Part shown: positions 49,440-58,676 of the stretch, piece by piece
How positions within the stretch are numbered: position 1 is the first letter of the stretch
How the letters are laid out: each line of letters starts with the position of its first letter
Source of the DNA: an uncultured Gammaproteobacteria bacterium
Lineage (GTDB): Bacteria > Patescibacteriota > Microgenomatia > UBA8517
Assembly: GCA_964599625.1 (NCBI GenBank)
Contig: CAZRGC010000001.1
Coordinates: 51,019 to 115,018 of the forward strand
Direction: 5' to 3'
DNA length: 64,000 bases
Program-made: the position numbers and the translations under genes
The notes under the pieces: model-generated
Database searches by the model: none
Told to the model about the DNA's origin: nothing
Seen by the model: only the letters and a program-made list of their open reading frames with translations

Positions 49440-49499
49440 TGAGCGATTTTACACCCTACCCTGTAAATGGTGCAAAAAAGATGTTAGTATCTTTTTTGT

Positions 49500-50066
49500 A
49501 TGGAAGGGGAACAACCGTCTCAGACACCTCAGACTAACGATTTTTCGGAAAACAAAATGAACTTGGTTGCTGTTGCCGCTGCAGTGCTTTTGGTTGCGGT
49601 TGGTTTCTTCTTTTTTACACGAATGAGTGGAAAAACTTCCCAAAGTATGTCCTATACAAATCCCACACCTGAGTCTACAATAGAACCTTCGGCCGGGGTA
49701 AGCCCGACCAATGTTCCGCTAACAGCAAAAACAACAATGGACAATAAACTTGCTATCGAAGACCAAAAGGTTGGGACGGGTGACGAAGCCACTGCCGGCA
49801 AAAAGATTACTGTTAACTATAAAGGTACTCTTACAGATGGCACCAAATTTGACAGCTCATACGATCACGGAACTCCTTTTTCGTTTGTTTTGGGATCGGG
49901 ACAGGTTATCCAGGGTTGGGATCAGGGGTTTAGCGGAATGAAAGTCGGAGGAAAAAGAAAACTCACAATTCCGCCTTCAATGGGGTATGGTGACAGGGGT
50001 GTTCCCGGAGCAATACCCGGCGGAGCAACTCTTATCTTCGAAGTAGAGCTTCTTAAAGTCGAGTAA
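49500..50066 (+). CDS. FKBP-type peptidyl-prolyl cis-trans isomerase with N-terminal membrane anchor
   Basis: [39 protein letters not shown]...[22 protein letters not shown] is a canonical FKBP domain. Confidence 0.85.
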   Translation: MEGEQPSQTPQTNDFSENKMNLVAVAAAVLLVAVGFFFFTRMSGKTSQSMSYTNPTPESTIEPSAGVSPTNVPLTAKTTMDNKLAIEDQKVGTGDEATAGKKITVNYKGTLTDGTKFDSSYDHGTPFSFVLGSGQVIQGWDQGFSGMKVGGKRKLTIPPSMGYGDRGVPGAIPGGATLIFEVELLKVE

Positions 50067-50133
50067 TCCTGTAGTTTGCAAACACTGCTTTGTTTTTGTA
50101 CAATCTCAACGATGAGTTTAGAATGGAGTCAAG

Positions 50134-50649
50134 ATGAGTTCCTTAAAGTACAAAAATGTGTTGGGACTACTGTTCGCGGTTGTCGTGTCCGGTTCAATTC
50201 TTTTGTTCCGTGATCAGATTGCACAGCTTTCGGGATTGGGTTATATCGGACTCTTTCTCATTAACGTATTTGGCAGTGCAACACTTTTTTTGCCCACTCC
50301 GCTTTTTCTCACAACTGTAGCCGCAGCGGCTGTTTTGAACCCGTTCTGGGTAACAGTAATAGCTGCCGGTGGTTCGACAATTGGAGAACTCACAGGATAT
50401 GTTGCAGGCAAAAGCGGTTCGGGTTATGTTTCGGGACACGCAGAAAAAGTAACCGGATGGATGGAAAAGTACGGCGCTTTTGCACTGATTCTACTGGCTG
50501 CAATACCAAATCCGCTCTTTGATGTTGCCGGTATTGTTGCGGGTGCAACCAACGTTCCTGTGTGGAAGTATCTTGTTGCACTTTTTATCGGCAAACTTAT
50601 AAAGTTCGGAGTGCTTGCTTTCTTTGGTTTTCAGACAATTAGACTTTAG
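50134..50649 (+). CDS. DedA/VTT-family membrane protein
   Basis: Small polytopic protein whose layout (LFLPTP, GxxxG-rich helices) resembles DedA/TVP38. Confidence 0.5.
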   Translation: MSSLKYKNVLGLLFAVVVSGSILLFRDQIAQLSGLGYIGLFLINVFGSATLFLPTPLFLTTVAAAAVLNPFWVTVIAAGGSTIGELTGYVAGKSGSGYVSGHAEKVTGWMEKYGAFALILLAAIPNPLFDVAGIVAGATNVPVWKYLVALFIGKLIKFGVLAFFGFQTIRL

Positions 50650-50656
50650 GCAACTG

Positions 50657-50690
50657 GCCTGCATCAAAATATGGATGCAGGCCTTTTTTG
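50657..50690 (+). terminator. rho-independent terminator
   Basis: GGCCTGCATC-aaaatatg-GATGCAGGCC followed by TTTTTT. Confidence 0.8.
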
Positions 50691-50740
50691 TGATTAATGT
50701 TGCAAAGATTATTTTCTAAGATAATAATGTCTGAAAGGAG

Positions 50741-51166
50741 GTGAATTTTTTTATGATTAATTTATCAACAAATTGGCCGGCGGTATTGGCAGCTGCGGGT
50801 GCGTCTATTATTTTGGGATTCTTGTGGTACTCGAAAGCGTTGTTTGGGCAGGAATGGGCCGAACTTACCAAGATTTCTCTTAGTGAAATGAGACCCAAAA
50901 AGGGAGCGATTCAAATGTACCTAGTTGGTACTTTGAGCGCACTGATTACCGCCTTTGTGCTTAAGCAATTTATAGATCTTTTCTATATTGTTAACATTAT
51001 GGACGGGTTGCAGTTGGCTTTTTGGATCTGGTTTGGGTTTGTAACAACTGTTTTGGTAACGGGTGTTTTATACATGAAACAGTCCTGGAAACTTTTTATC
51101 ATTAATGCCGGATACCAGTTAGCCAGCCTTATGGTAATGGCTGCAATTTTTGCCTACTGGCAATAA
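50741..51166 (+). CDS. small membrane protein (DUF1761-like)
   Basis: 141 aa with four predicted TM helices. Confidence 0.35.
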   Translation: MNFFMINLSTNWPAVLAAAGASIILGFLWYSKALFGQEWAELTKISLSEMRPKKGAIQMYLVGTLSALITAFVLKQFIDLFYIVNIMDGLQLAFWIWFGFVTTVLVTGVLYMKQSWKLFIINAGYQLASLMVMAAIFAYWQ

Positions 51167-51175
51167 GTTATAACA

Positions 51176-51754
51176 ATGGGGAAATTTCTGCTCGGTACTG
51201 TCGCACTCTTGCTTTTTGCGGGGGCTATATGGCTGTTTGCTTCTAACAAAAACGGATTAGAATTCTCTTCTGGTGGCATAAGCATTGGGCGAGCCACCAT
51301 GTCTTTTGGCAGCCAGGATTTTAAAAACGGCGGTGAAATTCCAATTAAGTTTACTTGCGATGGTGAGAATGCAATTCCACCAATGAATATAGATAGAACC
51401 CCTGGGGATGCAAAAAGCTTGGCTGTGATAATTGAAGATTTGGACACAAACCCTAAAGGGTTTACACATTGGATTTTATACAATATTGATCCTTCAAGGC
51501 AAAATATTGAATATGCCAAAACTCCCGAAGAAGCAGATAGCGGCCGAAACGATTTTGGCAACATTGGATACGGCGGTCCATGCCCTCCACAAAGCGAACC
51601 TCACACATATCATTTCAAGATTTATGCCCTGGACACAAAACTGGAGATTGCAGGAAACGCAACCAGGGCAGAGTTGGAAAACGCCCTAGAGGGACATGTT
51701 GTCGCGCAGGGTCAATTCAAGGGAACATATACAAACCGCTACGCCAGTAGGTGA
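51176..51754 (+). CDS. YbhB/YbcL-family phosphatidylethanolamine-binding (Raf-kinase-inhibitor-like) protein
   Basis: GYGGPCPP ... HTYHFKIYALD is the PEBP signature. N-terminal signal/TM segment. Confidence 0.8.
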   Translation: MGKFLLGTVALLLFAGAIWLFASNKNGLEFSSGGISIGRATMSFGSQDFKNGGEIPIKFTCDGENAIPPMNIDRTPGDAKSLAVIIEDLDTNPKGFTHWILYNIDPSRQNIEYAKTPEEADSGRNDFGNIGYGGPCPPQSEPHTYHFKIYALDTKLEIAGNATRAELENALEGHVVAQGQFKGTYTNRYASR

Positions 51755-51802
51755 TGTAATACGCCAGCAGGTGATGTAATACGCCAGTAGGTGAGGTGGT
51801 GA
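51740..51802. repeat. three tandem copies of a 20-bp unit (acgccagtaggtgatgtaat)
   Basis: Copy 1 contains the PEBP gene stop codon. Copies 2 and 3 carry 1 and about 5 changes. Located 13 nt upstream of tgt. Confidence 0.6.
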
Positions 51803-51814
51803 TACAATTCTTCC

Positions 51815-52918
51815 GTGAGAAAAAAGTTTTTTAGATACAAAAAGGGGAATCTTCCATTGCCGGTATTTTTTCCGGACGCTACTCGAGCGGTTCTAAAATG
51901 TCTTGATTCAAACGATATTCAAAGTACAAAAACCAAAGGCATTCTTGTGAATACTTATCATTTGTGGCAAGGCCTTCCACAAAAAGTTCTTGCGGAGTTT
52001 GGTGGGGTCCGGGAGTTTATGAACTTTGACGGGGCTGTAATATCCGACTCGGGAGGGTTTCAGGTGATGTCTGTAATTAAAAAAGGCGTGGTTAAGGGCA
52101 AAGTCAAAGATGAAGGTGTAGTGCTTTACCCGGGTAAAAATAGAAAATTGGTGTTTAGTCCCGAAGACTCAATTGAATATCAGATGCGATTGAACACTGA
52201 CATGGTAGTGGTACTGGATGATTTTACGGAACCTGCCTCAAGTGAAAAAAATGCAAAAGAAACAGTAGAAAGGACAATCTTGTGGGCCAAAAGATCCAAA
52301 GAAAGATTCGAAAAACTTTGTAGGTCCAAAGGCTTAACTGAGGCTGGTCGACCATACCTATTGGGAGTGGTACAGGGTGGAGAGTTCCCTGATCTTCGAA
52401 CTCATTGTGCCAAAGAGCTTGCGAAAATAGGCTTCGACGGCTTTGGGTGGGGCGGCTGGCCTATTGATAAAGACGGAAACCTGGATGTGGCAAGTGCAAA
52501 AATAATCGCCGAAAACGCCCCGGAAGATTATCTGCTTTATGGACTTGGAGTTGGAAAGCCGGATGACATAGTTCGGAGTGTGGACTTGGGTTTTGGGATT
52601 TTTGATTGTGTTTTGCCTACACGCGATGGCAGACATGGAAGGCTGTATGTTTACAATGCTCAAACTCTGAAAGACATAAATGTTGAAGTTTCTGACTTCT
52701 ATAGTTTTTATGATGCCAAAAAAGAAAAGCACCTTACAGACAAATCCCCAATAAGCACCGCGTGTGATTGTTTGCTTTGTAAAAATTATTCGAGAGGTTA
52801 CCTTTCTCATTTGTTTAAAATTGGAGACACTTCTGCGATGAGATTGGCCTCAATTCACAACCTTCGTTTTTATTCTATTCTGGTAGAAAAATTGCAGGCA
52901 CGCTTTGAGAGGGGTTGA
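51815..52918 (+). CDS. tgt: queuine tRNA-ribosyltransferase
   Basis: DSGGFQ, LGVGKPDDIV, FDCVLPTRDGRHG and zinc site CDCLLCKNYSRGYLSHL. Confidence 0.9.
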   Translation: MRKKFFRYKKGNLPLPVFFPDATRAVLKCLDSNDIQSTKTKGILVNTYHLWQGLPQKVLAEFGGVREFMNFDGAVISDSGGFQVMSVIKKGVVKGKVKDEGVVLYPGKNRKLVFSPEDSIEYQMRLNTDMVVVLDDFTEPASSEKNAKETVERTILWAKRSKERFEKLCRSKGLTEAGRPYLLGVVQGGEFPDLRTHCAKELAKIGFDGFGWGGWPIDKDGNLDVASAKIIAENAPEDYLLYGLGVGKPDDIVRSVDLGFGIFDCVLPTRDGRHGRLYVYNAQTLKDINVEVSDFYSFYDAKKEKHLTDKSPISTACDCLLCKNYSRGYLSHLFKIGDTSAMRLASIHNLRFYSILVEKLQARFERG

Positions 52919-52972
52919 CAATTATAATTCCTTACATATATACTGACGCACTTGTAAGCCTGGACAGAAAAA

Positions 52973-53638
52973 ATGGAAGAAAATCAAAATACCGAAACTC
53001 AAGAAACCTTGAATCCTCAGCAAGGAAGCGGTGTGTCTTTCCCTTCACTTAACCCCGAACCCAAAAAATCCAGTGGTCCCAAGACTTTTCTTATAATTGG
53101 AATTTTGATTCTTGTTGCCATTCTTGGCTTTGTGATTTACAAAAGTGCGACAGGAAAATCGGGAGACGAGACACCCGATCCGACACCTTTTGACAACCTA
53201 ACAACAAGCGATGTTCCCTCCAGTTTGCCCACATCAACACCCACACCAACACCGGTTGGAACACCAAAGGCCACTATTGATAAATCCAAGATAACAATTG
53301 AAATTCAAAACGGAACCGGAGTTCCTGGAGATGCAGGTTATTTGCAAACCCAGCTTAAAAATTTGGGTTATACAAACGCCAAAGCCGGAAACGCATCTGA
53401 ACAAGATGCCACTTCTACAACCGTAACTTTTTCTACAAAACTTGATTCCACAATAGTTGCAGAGATAACACAAAAACTGAATTCACTTTACGTGACTGTA
53501 AATACAAAAACATCTTCTTCGCAGACATCCGATGTCTTGGTTGTTACAGGGCCCAGAAAAGGTGCGGCTACTGCTACTCCTAGAGCAACATCTACACCAA
53601 CTCCTACCGGCACACCAAAGCCAACCGCAACTCCTTGA
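52973..53638 (+). CDS. LytR_C-domain membrane protein with Pro/Thr-rich linkers
   Basis: TM anchor. KITIEIQNGTGVPGDAGYLQTQLKNLGY resembles the LytR C-terminal domain. TPTPTP linkers. Confidence 0.45.
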   Translation: MEENQNTETQETLNPQQGSGVSFPSLNPEPKKSSGPKTFLIIGILILVAILGFVIYKSATGKSGDETPDPTPFDNLTTSDVPSSLPTSTPTPTPVGTPKATIDKSKITIEIQNGTGVPGDAGYLQTQLKNLGYTNAKAGNASEQDATSTTVTFSTKLDSTIVAEITQKLNSLYVTVNTKTSSSQTSDVLVVTGPRKGAATATPRATSTPTPTGTPKPTATP

Positions 53639-53662
53639 GTTTCCCCTGTGCTAGAATAATTT

Positions 53663-54121
53663 TTGATGGAGCTTTTGTATGAACTTCTGGCTAAAACAGT
53701 CGATGTGAATTTTTGGGGAAAAGTAATCCCTGTTCCTTATATTGAAGTCAGTGTTATTCTGGTTCTACTTTTCCTTCTGGTTTTGACAATGGCACAGTAT
53801 CGCCATCACACAGTTCACTATTCATTTAAAGGTGCCGGTTTTGGGATACTTTTTGGTTTTATGTTGGCACTCACATTGGAAGGGTTTTTGTTGGTAAAGG
53901 GTTCCACTGCGATAACAGCACTTTTAGGCTGGAAGAATGCCCCCAAACCCTTGAGCGTGGCATTGGATTCAGGAAGAAACAAGCTAACAGAAGTTTTGGG
54001 AATACAGGATGCGGCAAACTCAATTGTCAAAGCAAGTGTTCCACAGGAGGCGATAAAAGTTTTTCAGAGCTTGACCCCCCAAGACAGGGAAAAAATAAAG
54101 AGCTTGATTTGTGCTCCATAG
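53663..54121 (+). CDS. small membrane protein
   Basis: 152 aa with three TM helices. Confidence 0.4.
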   Translation: MMELLYELLAKTVDVNFWGKVIPVPYIEVSVILVLLFLLVLTMAQYRHHTVHYSFKGAGFGILFGFMLALTLEGFLLVKGSTAITALLGWKNAPKPLSVALDSGRNKLTEVLGIQDAANSIVKASVPQEAIKVFQSLTPQDREKIKSLICAP

Positions 54122-54380
54122 TTCATAAAATGTAAACCTTAGGTTGTAGACCTATAATCTTGACTTTTGTACAAAAGTAGTGTACCATTGCCCCTGAGTT
54201 AGGTCTTTGTCCTTTTTTGGGAAATTAAGCCCTAACTTTCTTTTTGTTTGTACATTAACAAACCAAGAATATACAAAATTATTGATTTATCTCCGGTTGG
54301 TGCCGATGAAAGAGACATTCTGCCAAGTTGGTAGACAGTTTCTTTAAGTCGGTATCAACTATTTTGAAAGGAGACCGCTT

Positions 54381-56345
54381 ATGATTCAAAAAAGGCGGTT
54401 TGCGTTTGGAATCCTCCTGGTGGTTCTTGCTTTGAGTACGCTGGCATGCGGATTATTCTCCCCGCCGGCACCTCAGGTTCCACCCCCAGTGGCAGGCGCC
54501 AACACCGCAAACCAACAGCACTACAGTGTGCAGGAGCTCTATACTGAGGCTCAGCAAATCGCTGAGACAAATGTGGAGAGTCGAATGCACTCCCGTGCCT
54601 GGCTTTGGTTTTTCGCACTGGCAATTTTCGTGTTCGCGGGCGGAGTTTTTCTGGGTCTCGATTCTGCCGGGTTGTGGTCTGTCGCATTAATTGTGGCAAT
54701 CCTCCTCGGTTCTTTCGGAGCCTTTGTTAATAACGCCCAAATCCCCGGCAAAGTCGATGAAGTCGGCCATCAGTTGGCAGACCAAGCGATCACCCAGGGT
54801 GTGGATTTGGCTCAGCGAGCTCAAGCCACAAATTACCAGTACATACATGCCGTTGTTTCGCAAATCGGCATGGAGATTCAAAACTGCGAACGCACCGTCA
54901 ACCATCGTGACTTCTGCTCGAGTGAAACGCCGTACTACACCAACCGCGACATCAATTCGCATCAAGTGTGTACAACCTCCACTGACGCTGACGGGAAAAC
55001 AACCGAAAGCTGTCATGAAGAGCATGATGAGGAATACACTCCATGGTTCACCCATGTTGTGCGCTACTACATTATTCCTGACACGCGCGCAAAATACTTG
55101 AGCGAACAGATATATCACCAGCTCTGTCTGGCGGATTCTGGCGCTTTCGAACCCTGCGCGAAGGACGAGTACGGTGTGATCAGCGATAAGCGTAAACCTG
55201 TTGTCTATGCAAACACGGACTGGCGCGCGCCGCAAGATGCCATGAACCATCTCTATTGTGAGACTGGTATCTTCGGCACATCCTGCGAACGCCCCGGCTC
55301 GTACAACGAGCACGTCCCAGATGCTTATACAATGGTGAAAAATGCCAAGGAAAATGGCGGCCCTGTTGTTGACGCGACCTTCATCGGTCCGTACTTTAAC
55401 TGGGGCTTCGCGGCCGACAGTCCTTTGTACGATGTGTACGATGGGGATTACAACACCCTCAGATCACTCGTCAACCTGCCTGGCCCAAGTGGTGTAGCCT
55501 ACACCATTACAGACTCCTACGGCAAACCCGCGACACTTCCCACCTCACTGGTGGCAACCGATGGCGACCTCGCGATTGGGTTCAACCCCATCACTGTCAT
55601 TGGTTCGTGTGTCAGCCCTGATCAAATTCAGGGATATGCGGAATACGCGATGCAAGTTCAAGGCGACTTCGGCCCCACAAAACAGGGATCACTTCGGTGG
55701 TTCTTGGTGTGTGATTCAGTCGTTCAGCAACTCGGCGGAATGCCATATACCGTTTCGGCGGTGAAGGCTTACCTTCGTGATGCTGGTGTATGGTCGTTGT
55801 TCTCAATGCCCAAAAACCTGGTCTTTGCAATCGCTTCCATCAGCGACGATGGCACGCGCATTACCGGCCGCGGTCTGGAAACAGGCATGCCCGCCGGCAA
55901 TACTCTGGTTATCCAGCGCGTGAATGCTTCGATCCCTGCAGGTGAAAGTCTGCCGTTGACCAAGGAAAACCTCTTTGGAACATTCACGGCAAACTATAAT
56001 CCCTCACAGGGCGACAAGTTCACTTACCAGTTTTCGGACCTGACTCAGGCTGGCTCGGTTATCGGACTTCTCTACGAGAAGGACCCCAACTACACCCCGC
56101 CCGATCCCAGCGATCCGTCTTGTACTGGTGCCAAAGCCGACCATGTCGGATTCGTGCGTTACAGCACATGTAATACCGATTACCTCAAAACCACCATCGA
56201 GGTGAACGAGGACGGCCGGTTCTTGATCATGAATACGGTGACCCAGGGCGCAATCGCTTCCACACCAGTCTTTGGTGCTTGGATGGTTTTGCTTTTGGCC
56301 ATCGGCGCGTTGTTTTTCGCTGCTTACGCGCGCAGCAATATGTAA
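54381..56345 (+). CDS. Cys-rich envelope protein with N- and C-terminal TM segments (higher-GC patch)
   Basis: 654 aa. Hydrophobic segments at both ends. Cys-rich central part. GC clearly above backbone. Confidence 0.5.
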   Translation: MIQKRRFAFGILLVVLALSTLACGLFSPPAPQVPPPVAGANTANQQHYSVQELYTEAQQIAETNVESRMHSRAWLWFFALAIFVFAGGVFLGLDSAGLWSVALIVAILLGSFGAFVNNAQIPGKVDEVGHQLADQAITQGVDLAQRAQATNYQYIHAVVSQIGMEIQNCERTVNHRDFCSSETPYYTNRDINSHQVCTTSTDADGKTTESCHEEHDEEYTPWFTHVVRYYIIPDTRAKYLSEQIYHQLCLADSGAFEPCAKDEYGVISDKRKPVVYANTDWRAPQDAMNHLYCETGIFGTSCERPGSYNEHVPDAYTMVKNAKENGGPVVDATFIGPYFNWGFAADSPLYDVYDGDYNTLRSLVNLPGPSGVAYTITDSYGKPATLPTSLVATDGDLAIGFNPITVIGSCVSPDQIQGYAEYAMQVQGDFGPTKQGSLRWFLVCDSVVQQLGGMPYTVSAVKAYLRDAGVWSLFSMPKNLVFAIASISDDGTRITGRGLETGMPAGNTLVIQRVNASIPAGESLPLTKENLFGTFTANYNPSQGDKFTYQFSDLTQAGSVIGLLYEKDPNYTPPDPSDPSCTGAKADHVGFVRYSTCNTDYLKTTIEVNEDGRFLIMNTVTQGAIASTPVFGAWMVLLLAIGALFFAAYARSNM

Positions 56346-56369
56346 GCATTACTCTCAAGGAGAAAATCA

Positions 56370-57290
56370 ATGAACCTCTTGAAGAAGGTGATCCCAATCA
56401 TTTTGGCTCTCACGTTCGTCCTTACCGCGTGTGGAAACCCTGCTCCTCAGGACACGGCCCCGGCTCTGCCGAAGCTTGATCCTGTTGCAATTTTGGCTCA
56501 GGCCCGCACGTACTATAAAGGCGGCGTGGATCGCGAAAGCAACATCACCGTTCTCTGGCGCAAGTACGAACTCGCCCTCAACAACCTCCGCCTCGGCGCG
56601 AAGGACCTGATGGGTGTGGCAAATGCTTGTTCCGCCAGTGTCGCCCAGACTGAGTCGACGATCGCCCAGGCCGCAACCGGCAACATGGACGGAGACGCGA
56701 TCTTCAGTGCGTTGGTGACAAACTCGATCAGTGGTGAACAGGCCACAACCGAGTGCGTTCAGGTGTTCCGTCAGTTGGCCGATTACATCGTTGCCAACCG
56801 CGCGGCCGTGCAAAATGCCAATCTCATGGCTTTCGAAGCGGCTGTGGAATATCAGAACTATACCTCCAGCTTTCCCGAGGTCGATTTCATGAACGACCTC
56901 ATGCAAACCTATGGGAACACCCAGAAGGTCTACGAAAAGTTGGCGGAAAATGGTATCGGCGTCTCTGATTGGTCCTGGCTTCCCACTGCGAACCTTTGGG
57001 TCAGCCACACTGATAAGAATTTGTGCCAATACTACATCAGCGGCGAATTCATGAACAACATTGCGTATTCTGCGAAGCTCAAGTTCACCGGCCACGAGTC
57101 GGCGCTCGCGCTTCTGTACGAATCCACATGGAACCCTGCGGCCAATGGCGGTACCGGCGAATGCCGAATGACACGCTACGCGGCTTTGGAGTACATGACC
57201 CGCTCGATCGTGAGCGCGGACACGCAATCAATCATCGAGTCCGGCCAGGACACCGAATTGTTCCCGGCTACGGCTACACCCGTTCCTTAA
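56370..57290 (+). CDS. lipoprotein of unknown function (higher-GC patch)
   Basis: Signal peptide with lipobox LTACG. 306 aa. Confidence 0.5.
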   Translation: MNLLKKVIPIILALTFVLTACGNPAPQDTAPALPKLDPVAILAQARTYYKGGVDRESNITVLWRKYELALNNLRLGAKDLMGVANACSASVAQTESTIAQAATGNMDGDAIFSALVTNSISGEQATTECVQVFRQLADYIVANRAAVQNANLMAFEAAVEYQNYTSSFPEVDFMNDLMQTYGNTQKVYEKLAENGIGVSDWSWLPTANLWVSHTDKNLCQYYISGEFMNNIAYSAKLKFTGHESALALLYESTWNPAANGGTGECRMTRYAALEYMTRSIVSADTQSIIESGQDTELFPATATPVP

Positions 57291-57303
57291 GGAGAAGAGA
57301 ACA

Positions 57304-57990
57304 ATGGATCCTATCACCATTTTGTTTGTTGCGACCGGCCTTCTGGCCGCGTTCAGCTTCGCCGGCAAGAATATCCGGGACACATTCCTGGCTTCTGACA
57401 GCGACGGCTTTCAACCTCTCCTGCTCGGCATCGTGCTCGCGCTTTTGGGCCTCGGGGTTGGTCTCTTCGATGTGACCGGTGGTTTGTTGCTCAAGGGTTT
57501 GGGAGTCCTCTTTGTGGGTTATGGAGCATTCGTGCTTCTCCCCGAAGGGATCACAGACTTCCTGGTCAACCCTGTGGCTGGCATTGTCTATACAGTCGTT
57601 TCGCTCTGGGCGTTCTTTTCAGTCCCGGCCACGATGGCTGTCACGACTGCCTATGTCATGCGTCTCGTTGCCCCAACCTTCATTGCGGCGATGTTTGCCA
57701 CCCTCGGCGCCCTGGCGTTCACAAGTGACTCCTTCAAGGATCACCTGAGCCAGCAAGTTGGCGGCGGCATCTTTGCTGTGGTTGGTCTTGCCTTCGGTGC
57801 ACTGGCTTTAACGGCCGGTACGTTCGAATTGGCGATCATTGCATCTGGTCTCGGCGGCTTACTCTTCATCCTCGGGGTGTTGGTACTAGTCGGTTCAGAC
57901 ACAGTGGAAGGTTTTCTGACCACCAAGGCGGCATTCGTCTGGTTGCCCCTCATGGCAGTCGCAGGCGCTTTCGCCCGTTTCCTGTTCTAG
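57304..57990 (+). CDS. Gly-rich polytopic membrane protein (higher-GC patch)
   Basis: 228 aa, 6-7 TM helices rich in GxxxG. Confidence 0.5.
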   Translation: MDPITILFVATGLLAAFSFAGKNIRDTFLASDSDGFQPLLLGIVLALLGLGVGLFDVTGGLLLKGLGVLFVGYGAFVLLPEGITDFLVNPVAGIVYTVVSLWAFFSVPATMAVTTAYVMRLVAPTFIAAMFATLGALAFTSDSFKDHLSQQVGGGIFAVVGLAFGALALTAGTFELAIIASGLGGLLFILGVLVLVGSDTVEGFLTTKAAFVWLPLMAVAGAFARFLF

Positions 57991-58024
57991 TAACAGGCGC
58001 TTAGCAGTATATTCTTGGTTTAAT

Positions 58025-58065
58025 CGGGGAACCGGGTCATTCACAAAAATGATTCCGGTTCCCCG
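58025..58065. terminator. perfect 11-bp-stem hairpin (CGGGGAACCGG ... CCGGTTCCCCG) between convergent genes
   Basis: Strong stem, but the T-run is 10 nt downstream, so terminator function is uncertain. Confidence 0.4.
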
Positions 58066-58193
58066 AAACTCACACTTTTTACTTCAATATTTCAACCTAC
58101 TTTTTATATCTCTCAACTATTTTTGTAATAATTTTTCCCACAAAAAAATCCCCGCCCATGGAAACTCCACGAACGGGGACAAGCCCGACAACT

Positions 58194-58676
58194 TTAGTTG
58201 AACATAGCGTCATTAGCATCAAGGCCAAATATGGCCGCGATTCCGACAATGACCGCAGGTGTCAGGTAGGTGGCAATCACGAATAACAGCAAAGCCTCAA
58301 TGATTTGCCCAACTATCCAGAGCACTGCTCCAATTGCTCCCAGGACCCAGATCGAACTGAAGATGTTGGCAAAGAAAGCCATGATTCCTGCCCAAAGCAC
58401 CAGGTTAATCACATCCACCGGCTCGGCCGGTAAAAGTGCACAAAGGGCGATGATGATCACGACAATCTTCACCAGGGGTGAGAGGTTTTTGAATACTGCA
58501 ATTGGCCAGTCGTTCAAGTTATCGAACAGATCTGTCAATATTGACATGGTTGTTCTCCTTAAGGTACAAACGGTTTGAGCCCGAATTTTATCACATTTGG
58601 CCAATTTAAGGCTGTTTGGGTTATACTTGTCATAACATGCAGGAAATAAAACAAAAAATTGCCGAACTTTTGACAC
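58194..58676 (-). CDS. small polytopic membrane protein
   Basis: 160 aa with four TM helices. Confidence 0.45.
   Translation of the reverse strand: MSKVRQFFVLFPACYDKYNPNSLKLAKCDKIRAQTVCTLRRTTMSILTDLFDNLNDWPIAVFKNLSPLVKIVVIIIALCALLPAEPVDVINLVLWAGIMAFFANIFSSIWVLGAIGAVLWIVGQIIEALLLFVIATYLTPAVIVGIAAIFGLDANDAMFN

Noticed and set aside
54687-57748. Antisense or alternative-frame ORFs in the second high-GC patch: 54687..55313(-), 56367..57227(-), 57023..57475(+), 57479..57748(+)
   Set aside because: They overlap the three co-directional envelope-protein genes, which have signal peptides and TM helices. Their Arg/Pro/Ala-rich composition is typical of GC-driven artefacts.
58616-58636. Track-predicted start of prfB at 58616
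   Set aside because: The codon there is TTG. The in-frame ATG at 58637 (MQEIKQ) gives an N-terminus of typical RF2 length, so the shorter start is preferred.
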